Of a stretch of DNA of 64,000 nucleotides, positions 10,947-19,583 are shown in pieces. The DNA lies in NCBI GenBank assembly GCA_964655435.1, contig CAZZMP010000004.1:18544-82543 (forward strand), given 5' to 3'. This DNA is from an uncultured Geobacter sp. Lineage in GTDB: Bacteria; Desulfobacterota; Desulfuromonadia; Geobacterales; Pseudopelobacteraceae. A program made the position numbers and the translations under genes. Under the pieces are notes generated by a model. It did no database searches. It was not told the DNA's origin and saw nothing but the letters and a program-made list of their open reading frames with translations. Position 1 is the stretch's first letter. Each line of letters opens with the position of its first letter.

Positions 10947-10983
10947 TTGACAATTTTGTCCGTGTGCTGTAAACATGTACAAT
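10947..10983 (+). promoter_or_regulatory. Candidate promoter/operator of yefM-yoeB
   Basis: TTGACA at 10947-10952. TACAAT at 10978-10983 overlaps a TGTACA hexamer (10976-10981). AGGAGG SD lies at 10993-10998. Confidence 0.4.
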
Positions 10984-11004
10984 ATATAGAACAGGAGGTT
11001 GACC

Positions 11005-11259
11005 ATGAGAGTGGTAAACTTTACAGAGGCTCGTAATCATTTAAAAGTAGTGCTTGATCAAACAGTGGCAGATGCTGATTTTACTATTATTTCACGTAGG
11101 GATGCACAAGATGCTGTTGTGATGTCTCTTGACACCTTTAACAGTTTTCTAGAAACAGTTCATTTGCTTAAATCACCTGCCAACGCTGTCCACTTATCCC
11201 GTTCTATCGAGCAGTATCGCGCTGGAAAAACCTTCCAACAGGATCTTGCAGATGCCTGA
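11005..11259 (+). CDS. yefM: Antitoxin YefM
   Basis: MRVVNFTEARNHLKVVLDQ...VVMSLDTFNSFLETVHLLKSPANA is a close match to the YefM pattern. A strong SD precedes it. Confidence 0.85.
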   Translation: MRVVNFTEARNHLKVVLDQTVADADFTIISRRDAQDAVVMSLDTFNSFLETVHLLKSPANAVHLSRSIEQYRAGKTFQQDLADA

Positions 11260-11518
11260 ACGGATAACCTGGACAGGCGCTGCCTGGGAAGATTACTGCT
11301 ATTGGCAGCAACAGGATAAAAAAACGGTGAAGCGGATTAACCTGCTTATTCAGGATGCCCTGCGCAATCCTTTTGAAGGTATTGGCAAACCGGAACCATT
11401 ACGTGAAAATCTTTCCGTTTTTTGGTCTCGCCGCATAGATGAGACAAACCGGTTGGTATATGTTGTTGATGCTTCAGATTTGGTAGTTATTGCTTGCAGA
11501 TATCATTATGGCAGGTAA
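11252..11518 (+). CDS. yoeB: Toxin YoeB (Txe/YoeB family mRNA interferase)
   Basis: ITWTGAAWEDYCYWQQQDKKTVKRINLLIQD...GIGKPEPLRENLSVFWSRRIDETNRLVY...ACRYHY is the canonical YoeB pattern. Its ATG overlaps the yefM stop. Confidence 0.85.
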   Translation: MPERITWTGAAWEDYCYWQQQDKKTVKRINLLIQDALRNPFEGIGKPEPLRENLSVFWSRRIDETNRLVYVVDASDLVVIACRYHYGR

Positions 11519-11679
11519 TTTTAGCATCTTACAGCAGAAAGAAAGTGACACACTGTAACTGGCAGCCTTTACCTTTTTGCATACCTTCTAATGGTCTTGC
11601 TTTAAAAATCCCTAAAAATTATGCAGAGCAGTTTTGTGTTAGCTAATTAAAGTTCTGTTATTTAAGATAGTTGTTTGTA

Positions 11680-11695
11680 TGGCATGGCTTATGCT
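11680..11695 (+). promoter_or_regulatory. Candidate sigma-54 (-24/-12) promoter of the minor-pilin operon
   Basis: TGGCATGGCTTATGCT has GG and GC spaced as in consensus TGGCAC-N5-TTGCW. It lies about 120 nt upstream of the first pilin-like gene. Confidence 0.5.
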
Positions 11696-11816
11696 TTAGA
11701 TGTTTTGTATATCAATAGGTAGACAAGATATTTATTTGACAAATCAACAACGATCCTAATGTTGTTATAACCAAGAAAATGCCTTCTGCCTTTAAATTTA
11801 TATGCTGGAACTTATA

Positions 11817-12353
11817 ATGAGGACATTTAATGGTTTTTCTTTAATAGAAGTTTTGACTGTTATATCGATAGTTTTAATAATTGGTGGAATTTCAACTCCG
11901 GTAATAGCAACATATTATACAAATTGTGCAATGAAACTTGCTGTCTCTGAGGTTACTATGATTATTAAAGAAGCACGCGCCTTAGCGATGTTTTCAAACA
12001 ATGCGGTTGCTGTAACCTTTAATCCTCTGACAACAGAAATATCGTTAGTAACTGACAGAGGGCTAGATGATAAATGGAATACATCAGATGATTTAGTTAA
12101 CAGAAAAATTAGGCTTTCTAATAAAGCAGGAATTCATTTTGGTTATGGTAACTGTGGGCCTGTTCCTGGTTTGGCAAATGAAATAGACGGCATTTCATTT
12201 CAAACTAATAATAGTATGGTATGTAATCAGGACATGAGCAACAATGCAGGAACCTTATATTTAAAATTGCATGAAAACAGGGTAACCGCTCTAACATTTA
12301 ATTCCACCGACACTAAGGTAAAAGTTAGGGATTGTTGCGCCGGACATTGGTAA
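11817..12353 (+). CDS. Type IV minor pilin / pseudopilin, GspH-FimT-like
   Basis: Prepilin leader and N-methylation motif MRTFNG/FSLIEVLTVISIVLIIGG. GspH-like segment IIKEARALAM. Confidence 0.75.
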   Translation: MRTFNGFSLIEVLTVISIVLIIGGISTPVIATYYTNCAMKLAVSEVTMIIKEARALAMFSNNAVAVTFNPLTTEISLVTDRGLDDKWNTSDDLVNRKIRLSNKAGIHFGYGNCGPVPGLANEIDGISFQTNNSMVCNQDMSNNAGTLYLKLHENRVTALTFNSTDTKVKVRDCCAGHW

Positions 12354-12388
12354 TCATAGGTTGTCAAATTCAACAAAACAGGTGCTTT

Positions 12389-12874
12389 ATGAAGAAGCTA
12401 AGTAATGGTGAAGGTTTTACATTGGTTGAAGTACTTGTAGCTATTACACTCATGGCAGTAGGTATTCTTGCCGTAGTACAGATGCAAATTGTTGGTATGA
12501 AATCTGGTACTTTAGCGCAACGGCAGACAGTAGCTACAAATATTGCAAAACAGGTTATGGAAGATATACAAAGTTGGGATAAGGACAATCTACCTGCTTT
12601 TGCTCCTGCCAATGCATTTACAACAGGTGTTTCTCCTTGGACTACTCCAGAGCAGTGGACTGGCCCTATCAATTTCTTGACAAACCCGAACTTAAATACA
12701 TCACGAGATCAAACTCTTCTTTCATTTTCAGACTCTGGTACTTTTAGGGCATATTACAGTATTACAATAAATGAAAATACTGCTGTAATACGAGTAAAGG
12801 TAGAACAGCGACTGCCAGACGGTCAGTTTCAAGAACGTCTCAGATTAACAAGCGTTAAAAACATAATAGCCTAG
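12389..12874 (+). CDS. pilV: Type IV minor pilin, PilV-like
   Basis: MKKLSNGEG/FTLVEVLVAITLMAVGILAV prepilin motif. Second gene of the operon, as in fimU-pilVWXY1 clusters. Confidence 0.7.
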   Translation: MKKLSNGEGFTLVEVLVAITLMAVGILAVVQMQIVGMKSGTLAQRQTVATNIAKQVMEDIQSWDKDNLPAFAPANAFTTGVSPWTTPEQWTGPINFLTNPNLNTSRDQTLLSFSDSGTFRAYYSITINENTAVIRVKVEQRLPDGQFQERLRLTSVKNIIA

Positions 12875-12917
12875 TACCTTAAATATTATAATTTCAGATC
12901 CTTAAGAGGATAATTTG

Positions 12918-13892
12918 ATGAAAAACTTCGTACACAATAAAAATGGGTTCACATTAATTGAACTTCTTATAGTAGTTGCAATATTCGGCATTATTATGGG
13001 TGCAGTGTATTCCGTATATACAGCAAATCAAAGGGCTGCATACACAACTGACGAGGTAGTAGAAGTACAACAAAACCTACGCATTGCAATGGAGACTGTA
13101 ACAAAAGACCTTTATGCTGCCGGTTTCTTAATTGATACATCAGAAACTGATGCTATTAGCGCAGTTACAAACGATACAGGTCTAAAATCTGCACAAGATT
13201 TAGGTCAACAGGCACCAGTACCTCCTGGTTCTGATACTATAACAATCAACATGGCCTCAGTTAATAATATTTTTGCAAGGGTTGCAGTTAATTATCCAGC
13301 AGGGTCTTCAACTCTTGGTGTTTTTACGCCAGTTGCTGCAACGCAAACCACCCCTATACGATTATTTAGTAATGGTGATTCTGTAAAAATAATAAGATTT
13401 GAATCAGGTAAATACAGAGCACTAGATAATGGCGCTATCTATAAGATTAAAGCTGTGGCCGGTATTGATATTCCTAATAGCACTATGACATTTGATGCTG
13501 CTGTTACAGAAGAAGTTAAAACAGGTGATCGTATTGTAAGAGTCGTTAATGCAACACCACCAGTGGTTACTTATGCTCTTGTTAATAATGCTACAAATTC
13601 AAATTGTCCTGCCAATCAATTATGTCTTCAGAGAAACACAGATGGCGATATTGCACCTTTTCCAATAGTAGCTCAAAATATATCTGATTTTCAGATAAGG
13701 TATCTTCTTGACAACAATAATATTGTTACAGATCCGACTGTTCTTCCCAATAAATTGTCAATGGTTAAAGATGTAATTGTAACTATTTGGGGTGAGACAC
13801 AACAAACCCGCTTGCTTTCAGGTAATATACCAAAAATCAGACAACTTTCATCTGTTGTAAGGCTTAGAAATAGAATTAACAAATCTGAATAA
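12918..13892 (+). CDS. pilW: Type IV minor pilin, PilW-like
   Basis: NKNG/FTLIELLIVVAIFGIIMGAV prepilin motif. Its ~320-aa size and position fit PilW. SD AAGAGGA lies upstream. Confidence 0.7.
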   Translation: MKNFVHNKNGFTLIELLIVVAIFGIIMGAVYSVYTANQRAAYTTDEVVEVQQNLRIAMETVTKDLYAAGFLIDTSETDAISAVTNDTGLKSAQDLGQQAPVPPGSDTITINMASVNNIFARVAVNYPAGSSTLGVFTPVAATQTTPIRLFSNGDSVKIIRFESGKYRALDNGAIYKIKAVAGIDIPNSTMTFDAAVTEEVKTGDRIVRVVNATPPVVTYALVNNATNSNCPANQLCLQRNTDGDIAPFPIVAQNISDFQIRYLLDNNNIVTDPTVLPNKLSMVKDVIVTIWGETQQTRLLSGNIPKIRQLSSVVRLRNRINKSE

Positions 13893-13949
13893 TTGTTTTA
13901 AATAACTTTGTTGCAGCTGTATCTTGTATTTATATAGGAGGTATAAGTT

Positions 13950-14486
13950 ATGTCTATTAAATTGACAATAATCAATCACAAAGAAAATAGAAAAACTATA
14001 GCAATGAGTAACGAAAAAGGCATTATTTTGATAATAGTGCTTGTTATGTTATTGTTACTCAGTATACTTGGTTCTTTTGTTCTTACCTCTACAACCTCTG
14101 AATTACGTATATCTGGCAACTATAGAAATACACAGGAGGCATTTTATAATACTGATGGAAGTATTGAATACCTGCTCGCCAACTATAACCACTTTTTAAC
14201 TGCTACAGATTCAACACCAATAACAAGTGTAGTTTATCAAACTAACGCCGATTCTTTACCTCTGGATGCTACGTCTTTACCACCAGGTGCTACACTTCTT
14301 TCAAATGTCACTACACAATATCTTTTTGATGGAGCTGGTGGTCTTGAACCTGGTAATTCTCAGGATGTTAAAACATATCACTATGCAGTTACAATGCTTG
14401 GACAAAGAAACAATGCTGAGGTTTCGATTGAGGCTGAGATAGGAAAGGTTGATTATGAAAGTGGTGGAAATGTGCTTTATAATTAA
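13950..14486 (+). CDS. pilX: PilX-like minor pilin / pilus assembly protein
   Basis: N-terminal hydrophobic segment EKGIILIIVLVMLLLLSILGSFVL followed by SELRISGNYRNTQEAFY, as in PilX_N-type proteins. AGGAGG SD present. Confidence 0.6.
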   Translation: MSIKLTIINHKENRKTIAMSNEKGIILIIVLVMLLLLSILGSFVLTSTTSELRISGNYRNTQEAFYNTDGSIEYLLANYNHFLTATDSTPITSVVYQTNADSLPLDATSLPPGATLLSNVTTQYLFDGAGGLEPGNSQDVKTYHYAVTMLGQRNNAEVSIEAEIGKVDYESGGNVLYN

Positions 14487-14556
14487 CAGAACACACGGCA
14501 GAATTTCTTTTTATAACTTTAATTATTGATTTTAGTAAAACATGAGGGAGAAAGAG

Positions 14557-14982
14557 ATGACAACTAAAATGAAACACAAAAAAGCTATTGGGCGTTTCTT
14601 ATTTAATCTATTTATAACTCTATGCATTACAGGTGTTTTAGGTGTAGCACCTCTAGCATCTGCTAAAGATGTCGCTAAAGAAATTAAGACAACTGAGGCT
14701 TCTAAATATACTCCTAGTAATATTTATCAAGGTGGCTATCTTTCCAAGGCACTTTATTATCGTCATAATAAAAAGCAGAATTGGATGCGTTGTAATAAAT
14801 CTGAAAACTATATAGAGCATGTTAAATGTCCTGCAGCATTGCTTGCTTTTTCATTAAACGGTTATTGGATTGGTAATTTTGAAAAAAATTGGGATTGTGG
14901 AACTACGGTAGAACCTGCAATTTATGCAACAGGTAATTACCTGAATCATACTTCTAATTCAGAAATTTCAAAACACAAATAA
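14557..14982 (+). CDS. Secreted hypothetical protein inserted between pilX-like and pilY1-like genes
   Basis: Signal peptide (KKAIGRFLFNLFITLCITGVLGVAPLASA), an SD before ATG 14557, and three Cys in the mature part. No recognisable family. Confidence 0.5.
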   Translation: MTTKMKHKKAIGRFLFNLFITLCITGVLGVAPLASAKDVAKEIKTTEASKYTPSNIYQGGYLSKALYYRHNKKQNWMRCNKSENYIEHVKCPAALLAFSLNGYWIGNFEKNWDCGTTVEPAIYATGNYLNHTSNSEISKHK

Positions 14983-15018
14983 TATTAAAATTATATTATA
15001 AGTAACAAGGAGGCAGTC

Positions 15019-18000
15019 ATGTTAATATTCAAGTATGCAAGACTAATATTGATGCTTTTCTTAGCACTGATTCTTAGTCCCACCTTACTTATATATGCAT
15101 CCCCAGATCAGTATCCTGGTGATACTTCAATATATGGGGCTTCAACCACCATGTTAAAGCCTAACATTCTTATAATTCTAGACAATTCCGGTAGCATGAG
15201 CGATCAAGTATGCTCAGCTACTGGTCCGTACGATCCTAATATAGATTATCCTGGGTCACGTCATAAAAATAGTGTCTATAAGGTATCAGGCTCAACATAT
15301 AATCATTATCTATGGTGGGTTTATGATGTAACAACTTCTTGCGGAGGAGTTAATCCAAGGAATTTACTTTTAACAACTGGACAATATTCCGGTCGTGGTA
15401 TCAAATCTAACGGGAATTGTGATGCTGCATCTACAAATGGGGTTTATGTCCTTGGTAACTATGTTAACTGGTTAAAAAGTGGCGGTTGTTCAGCATATAG
15501 AACAAAAATGGAAATAGCAAAAGATGTTGTAACTAATCTCATACAAAATACCAATAATGTAAATTTTGGTGTCATGAGATTTAATACAGAAGAGGGTGGC
15601 ACGTTTATTAAAAAAACCATCTCTTCTGTTGATTATATAAGCACTATTAAAGATATGGATACTTTCCATGCGGGTACTACTACTAATAGAAGTGCATTAA
15701 TTCAAATAATTAATTCTTTTTCTCCTTCAACCTTTACACCACTTGCTGAAACTTTATTTGAAGCAATGCGTTATTATAAGGGGAGTAGTGCTAAATTTGG
15801 TTCTATTGGTACTACTTCTGGCTCTTACACAACACCTATCACTGCAAACTGTCAAAAAAACTATGTTATTCTTGTTACAGATGGTATGTCTACGCAAGAC
15901 AAAAATTCAATTTTAGGTACAGAAATTGGAGATTATGACGGTGATGGAGCAGATCCAGGTTCATTCCCTTTGGATGGTTCACACTATTTAGATGATGTTG
16001 CAAAATATTTGTATGATGAAGATTTGTTGCCTGATAATACTGCAGATCCAAAAACTATCGGCAAACAATTTGTAACAACGTATACTATCGGCTTTGGTCT
16101 TGGTGGTGCAGATGCAGATGCAGTTGATTTATTAAATCGTGCTGCAGATAACACACATGGACATGGACAGGCGTTCCTTGCTTCTGACCAGACAGGTCTT
16201 TCTGAAGCACTAATGCAGGTAATATCAAACATACTTGAAATCAATTCATCTTTTGTTGCACCAATAGTACCTACAAGCCCTGAAAACAAAACATCAGATG
16301 CTAGCAGGGTATACATTGGATTATTTAAGCCTAATAGTACAAACTATTGGGAAGGAAACCTAAAGAAGTTTGGACTTGATACAAATAACGATCTTTGCGA
16401 TCAAAGTGATATTAATCCATTAACAAGAAAATGTGTTAATTATGCCACTTGGTTGGATCTTATAAATAACTATACAAAATTACCACCAGCGGATCAGCTT
16501 GATGATAGAGATGGGTTAACTTTGCCTGCAGGTAAGACCAATGGTGCTTTTAGGGATGCTGCCATTTCATTTTGGAGTACTGTTGCAGATGCAGGCAATG
16601 TTACTGCCGGTGGAGCAGGTGCTTTACTTCAAGCAAGAACACCAACTGATCGTAAAATATACACATACTTGGGTAATGCCAACTTGACTGATGCGACAAA
16701 CAAGTTCGATATTTCAAACGCTTCAATAACAAATACTATTTTAAGTGTTGCGGATAGCGCAGCGAGAGATAACCTTATTAATTTTATACTCGGTTATGAT
16801 GTATATGATGATAACAGTAATGGTGCTACTACTGATAACCGCGACTGGATACTTGGTGATATACTTCACTCTCGACCAACTGTAGTTAACTATAAAAAAT
16901 ATACTTTTAATACAACTAATGAGTTAGACTGCTCAAAAAATAAAACCATGATATTTGTAGGTGCAAATGACGGCATGCTACATGCTTTCAATGATTGTGA
17001 TGGCTCTGAAGCTTGGGCATTTATACCCCCTGACAATTTGCCAAACCTTAAGGAGATCCATTCTACTAATCATGCTAATTTCTTGGATTCCTCTGTTTCA
17101 GCATATGTTTATGATGCACCAGTAAAAGATGGTGAAGCAAATGCAGTTTATTTAATAGTTGGTCAACGAAGAGGTGGTGGTAGTACTATTTCACCGGCAC
17201 AGGGTTATTATTATTTACTTGATGTATCAGACCCTATAAATCCTAAATATATTTCCCGCATTTCCAACACAACTACCGGATTTGAGGAGTTGGCTGAAAC
17301 TTGGAGTGAACCAAAGTTAACCAAGATTAAAGTTGGTAATGACTACAAAATTGTAGCCATATTTACTGCTGGTTATGACAACTTGAATGAAGATAGGAGA
17401 TATGGCGCATCAAATAGTTGTCCAACTAGTTCAGTTCCAGTAAGTAATACTGACTTGGGCGCAGGTTATGTTAGTAGCACAATTACTACGCCAGCCGCAG
17501 TACCATTAAATCCAAAAGGTAGGGGTGTATATATAATTGAAATAGCTAAATTGGTTTCAACTTCCAATGGTTATACCTCTGATTTCACTAATATAGGCAA
17601 AAAAATTTGGGGGTTTACATCTAGTCTTGCAGCTTCATTTGCAGGGGAAATTTCTACTGTTGATGTAAAAAACAGAGGATATGTTGATCGTTTTTATGCT
17701 GTTGATGTTACAGGTACACTTTGGCGTTTTAATATTGGAGCTAGTCCTTCAACCACCGATACTGCAACATGGGACGGATTAAGGATATTTACACCAAATA
17801 CAACTTCTGACAAGGGGAAAAAAGCATTTTATAAACCTTCAATAGTTAGAGACTATACATATACATCTGAAGCTTACCCAACTTGCTATAAGAAAGAATC
17901 GTGCGATATGGTATTCTATGGTACTGGAGATAGAGAGCATCCACTTAATAAAAGTGTAGTTGATAGAATGTATATGATTAAAGTTAAAGATTCAGACTCA

Positions 18001-18585
18001 ACTGGTAATATGACTGAATCAGATTTAATTGATGTTACAACTAATCAACTTCAAACAACAACAACTGCCAATTCACCAACTCCTATGAGTTGTGATAAAA
18101 CTACCGGTTCAATAGATTATTATTTAAGGCAATTAAAATTAGGTAATGGTTGGTATATTAAGCTTAATGAACTAGATGGTGAAAAGGTGCTGGCTGCTTC
18201 AAGCGTAATAAATAAAGTTGCATATTTTACCACTTATGTACCAGTCAACGCAGACCCTTGTCAGACCACTAACCCTGGAGATAGTTATGTCTATGCACTC
18301 CGTTATGATACTGGTGAAGCTATTTTGAACTTAAATACTGCAAATGATGTTGCAAATGCTACAACTAATACTCGCAGTCAAGCAAATGGAGCAACTGTAC
18401 TACTGAATAGAGCAGATCGTAAAAAAGGCGTTGGTCAAGGTATTGCTTCAGGTATTGTAGTAGTTACTTCACCAACAGGTAAGGTTAGTATCTTTGTCGG
18501 TGCCGGAGATAAACCACTTACAAACCCTGGAATAACACGTACTGGAACCTCACCTGTTAAGGCTTTAAATTGGCGTTTAAGGTAG
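15019..18585 (+). CDS. pilY1: PilY1-like pilus tip adhesin with N-terminal von Willebrand A domain
   Basis: 1188 aa with signal peptide. vWA MIDAS ILIILDNSGSMSD and VILVTDGMSTQD. PilY1 C-terminal propeller motifs LGDILHSRPTVVN and VGANDGMLHAFN...GSEAWAFIP. Confidence 0.85.
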   Translation: MLIFKYARLILMLFLALILSPTLLIYASPDQYPGDTSIYGASTTMLKPNILIILDNSGSMSDQVCSATGPYDPNIDYPGSRHKNSVYKVSGSTYNHYLWWVYDVTTSCGGVNPRNLLLTTGQYSGRGIKSNGNCDAASTNGVYVLGNYVNWLKSGGCSAYRTKMEIAKDVVTNLIQNTNNVNFGVMRFNTEEGGTFIKKTISSVDYISTIKDMDTFHAGTTTNRSALIQIINSFSPSTFTPLAETLFEAMRYYKGSSAKFGSIGTTSGSYTTPITANCQKNYVILVTDGMSTQDKNSILGTEIGDYDGDGADPGSFPLDGSHYLDDVAKYLYDEDLLPDNTADPKTIGKQFVTTYTIGFGLGGADADAVDLLNRAADNTHGHGQAFLASDQTGLSEALMQVISNILEINSSFVAPIVPTSPENKTSDASRVYIGLFKPNSTNYWEGNLKKFGLDTNNDLCDQSDINPLTRKCVNYATWLDLINNYTKLPPADQLDDRDGLTLPAGKTNGAFRDAAISFWSTVADAGNVTAGGAGALLQARTPTDRKIYTYLGNANLTDATNKFDISNASITNTILSVADSAARDNLINFILGYDVYDDNSNGATTDNRDWILGDILHSRPTVVNYKKYTFNTTNELDCSKNKTMIFVGANDGMLHAFNDCDGSEAWAFIPPDNLPNLKEIHSTNHANFLDSSVSAYVYDAPVKDGEANAVYLIVGQRRGGGSTISPAQGYYYLLDVSDPINPKYISRISNTTTGFEELAETWSEPKLTKIKVGNDYKIVAIFTAGYDNLNEDRRYGASNSCPTSSVPVSNTDLGAGYVSSTITTPAAVPLNPKGRGVYIIEIAKLVSTSNGYTSDFTNIGKKIWGFTSSLAASFAGEISTVDVKNRGYVDRFYAVDVTGTLWRFNIGASPSTTDTATWDGLRIFTPNTTSDKGKKAFYKPSIVRDYTYTSEAYPTCYKKESCDMVFYGTGDREHPLNKSVVDRMYMIKVKDSDSTGNMTESDLIDVTTNQLQTTTTANSPTPMSCDKTTGSIDYYLRQLKLGNGWYIKLNELDGEKVLAASSVINKVAYFTTYVPVNADPCQTTNPGDSYVYALRYDTGEAILNLNTANDVANATTNTRSQANGATVLLNRADRKKGVGQGIASGIVVVTSPTGKVSIFVGAGDKPLTNPGITRTGTSPVKALNWRLR

Positions 18586-18595
18586 GTTTGTTGAT

Positions 18596-18632
18596 ATAGC
18601 AACCGCCTTCAAAATTTGAAGACGGTTGCTAT
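18596..18632 (+). other. Intra-operon hairpin after pilY1
   Basis: atagcaaccg (18596-18605) pairs with cggttgctat (18623-18632), and an inner cttcaaa/tttgaag stem extends it. No U-tract follows. Confidence 0.4.
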
Positions 18633-18673
18633 TGATTACAACATTACATGGTCTGCTCTGGGGTGCCAATTAT

Positions 18674-19249
18674 ATGACTATAAAAAAATATAAAGTTATT
18701 AAGTATATTTATAACCATCATGGTTTCACTCTTGTAGAGTTAATGGTGGCCATTACGCTTATGGCTATTATGCTAACTATAGCCGCACCTTCTTTTCTTC
18801 AATGGCGTGAAAGCTTACAGTATCGCGAGGCAGGTAGAGGTCTTACAACTTTTATTAGAACTGCAAGATCTGAAGCCATTCAAAATAACAGACAATATAG
18901 AGTACAAATTAATATTGCTGCTAAAACTTACCAACTGCAACGTGGTGAAAGTGCTTTAGCCTCATCTTGGACAGTTCTTGATATTAGAAATAGAGGTTCT
19001 ATAACATCTCCTTCAATAAGTTTAGCTGCACCTAATACTGATATAGTCTGTAATCCAAATGGCACAATGGAATTTAGTTCTGGTGCTATTACAGGTAATT
19101 CGCCTACACAGATTACAATATTTGATAACAGGATTAATGGAGCGGCAGATGCAGCTTCTCAGAGATATCGAATTGATTTGTTCAATACAGGGCGTATTCG
19201 GGGTAACATAGTTGGTACAGCGGATGGTGCACCTGACCTTACTCCTTAA
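18674..19249 (+). CDS. Type IV minor pilin, GspH/FimU-FimT-like
   Basis: HHG/FTLVELMVAITLMAIMLTIAAPSF prepilin motif and GspH-like segment FIRTARSEAIQNNRQYRV. Confidence 0.75.
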   Translation: MTIKKYKVIKYIYNHHGFTLVELMVAITLMAIMLTIAAPSFLQWRESLQYREAGRGLTTFIRTARSEAIQNNRQYRVQINIAAKTYQLQRGESALASSWTVLDIRNRGSITSPSISLAAPNTDIVCNPNGTMEFSSGAITGNSPTQITIFDNRINGAADAASQRYRIDLFNTGRIRGNIVGTADGAPDLTP

Positions 19250-19349
19250 ACAGCACGGTACCTGACTCCCTCATCAAACTGCAGAAGGGGATACAGGGGA
19301 TGTTGTTAATTTGTTGATTAACTTATTGCTGTCTGCTTTCTATTAAAAC

Positions 19350-19469
19350 ATGCCACGTAAAGCCAGACCAGATATTCTTGGAATCCTGCATCATCTGATT
19401 GTGCGGGGAATTGAGTAAAGCCCGATCTTTATCAATGATAATGATCGTCTTAATTTTAAATTGAAATAT
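19350..19469 (+). pseudogene. Remnant of an IS200/RAYT-type Y1 (tyrosine) transposase
   Basis: MPRKARPDILGILHHLIVRGIE, then TAA at 19416-19418. The frame continues as SPIFINDNDRLNFKL, matching the usual ...RGIERR.IF.DD.DR..F... N-terminus. Homology stops at the CCGGG palindromes (19470 onward). Confidence 0.6.
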
Positions 19470-19485
19470 CCGGGATTTCAAAAAC

Positions 19486-19583
19486 CCGGGAGTTCCGGGG
19501 ATACTATACTCAATTCATCTGCTTTTTTCTTTTTCCGGGAGTTCCGGGGACACTATACTCAATTCATCTGCTTTTTTCTTTTT
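19486..19583. repeat. 49-bp tandem duplication (2 copies, 1 mismatch)
   Basis: ccgggagttccgggga[t/c]actatactcaattcatctgcttttttcttttt occurs at 19486-19534 and 19535-19583. Each copy starts with a CCCGG/CCGGG mini-palindrome, and a third such palindrome lies at 19470-19489. Confidence 0.9.

Noticed and set aside
9090-11518. TA modules as chromosomal integron cassettes
   Set aside because: The window has no intI gene, and I could not identify attC-type R''/R' (RYYYAAC...GTTRRRY) imperfect palindromes at the gene ends. Only the 24-nt motif recurs, and it is reported separately.
11558-11590. Second sigma-54-like sequence ctGGcagcctttacctttttGCa upstream of the pilin operon
   Set aside because: The GG-to-GC spacing is 18 nt instead of the required 12 (G to G), so it does not fit the -24/-12 geometry.
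15984-16316. 110-aa minus-strand ORF inside pilY1; similar antisense ORFs lie inside the MCP (5787-6287), the kinases (43392-43763, 46319-46543), lon (57291-57599) and AIM24 (31141-31605) genes
   Set aside because: All lie antisense within long ORFs that have strong domain evidence, and all lack an SD and any motif. They are treated as shadow ORFs.
19486-19583. Tandem 49-bp repeat considered as a mini CRISPR array
   Set aside because: There are only two directly abutting copies with no spacers, and no cas genes anywhere in the window. The unit carries REP-like CCGGG palindromes next to a transposase stub.
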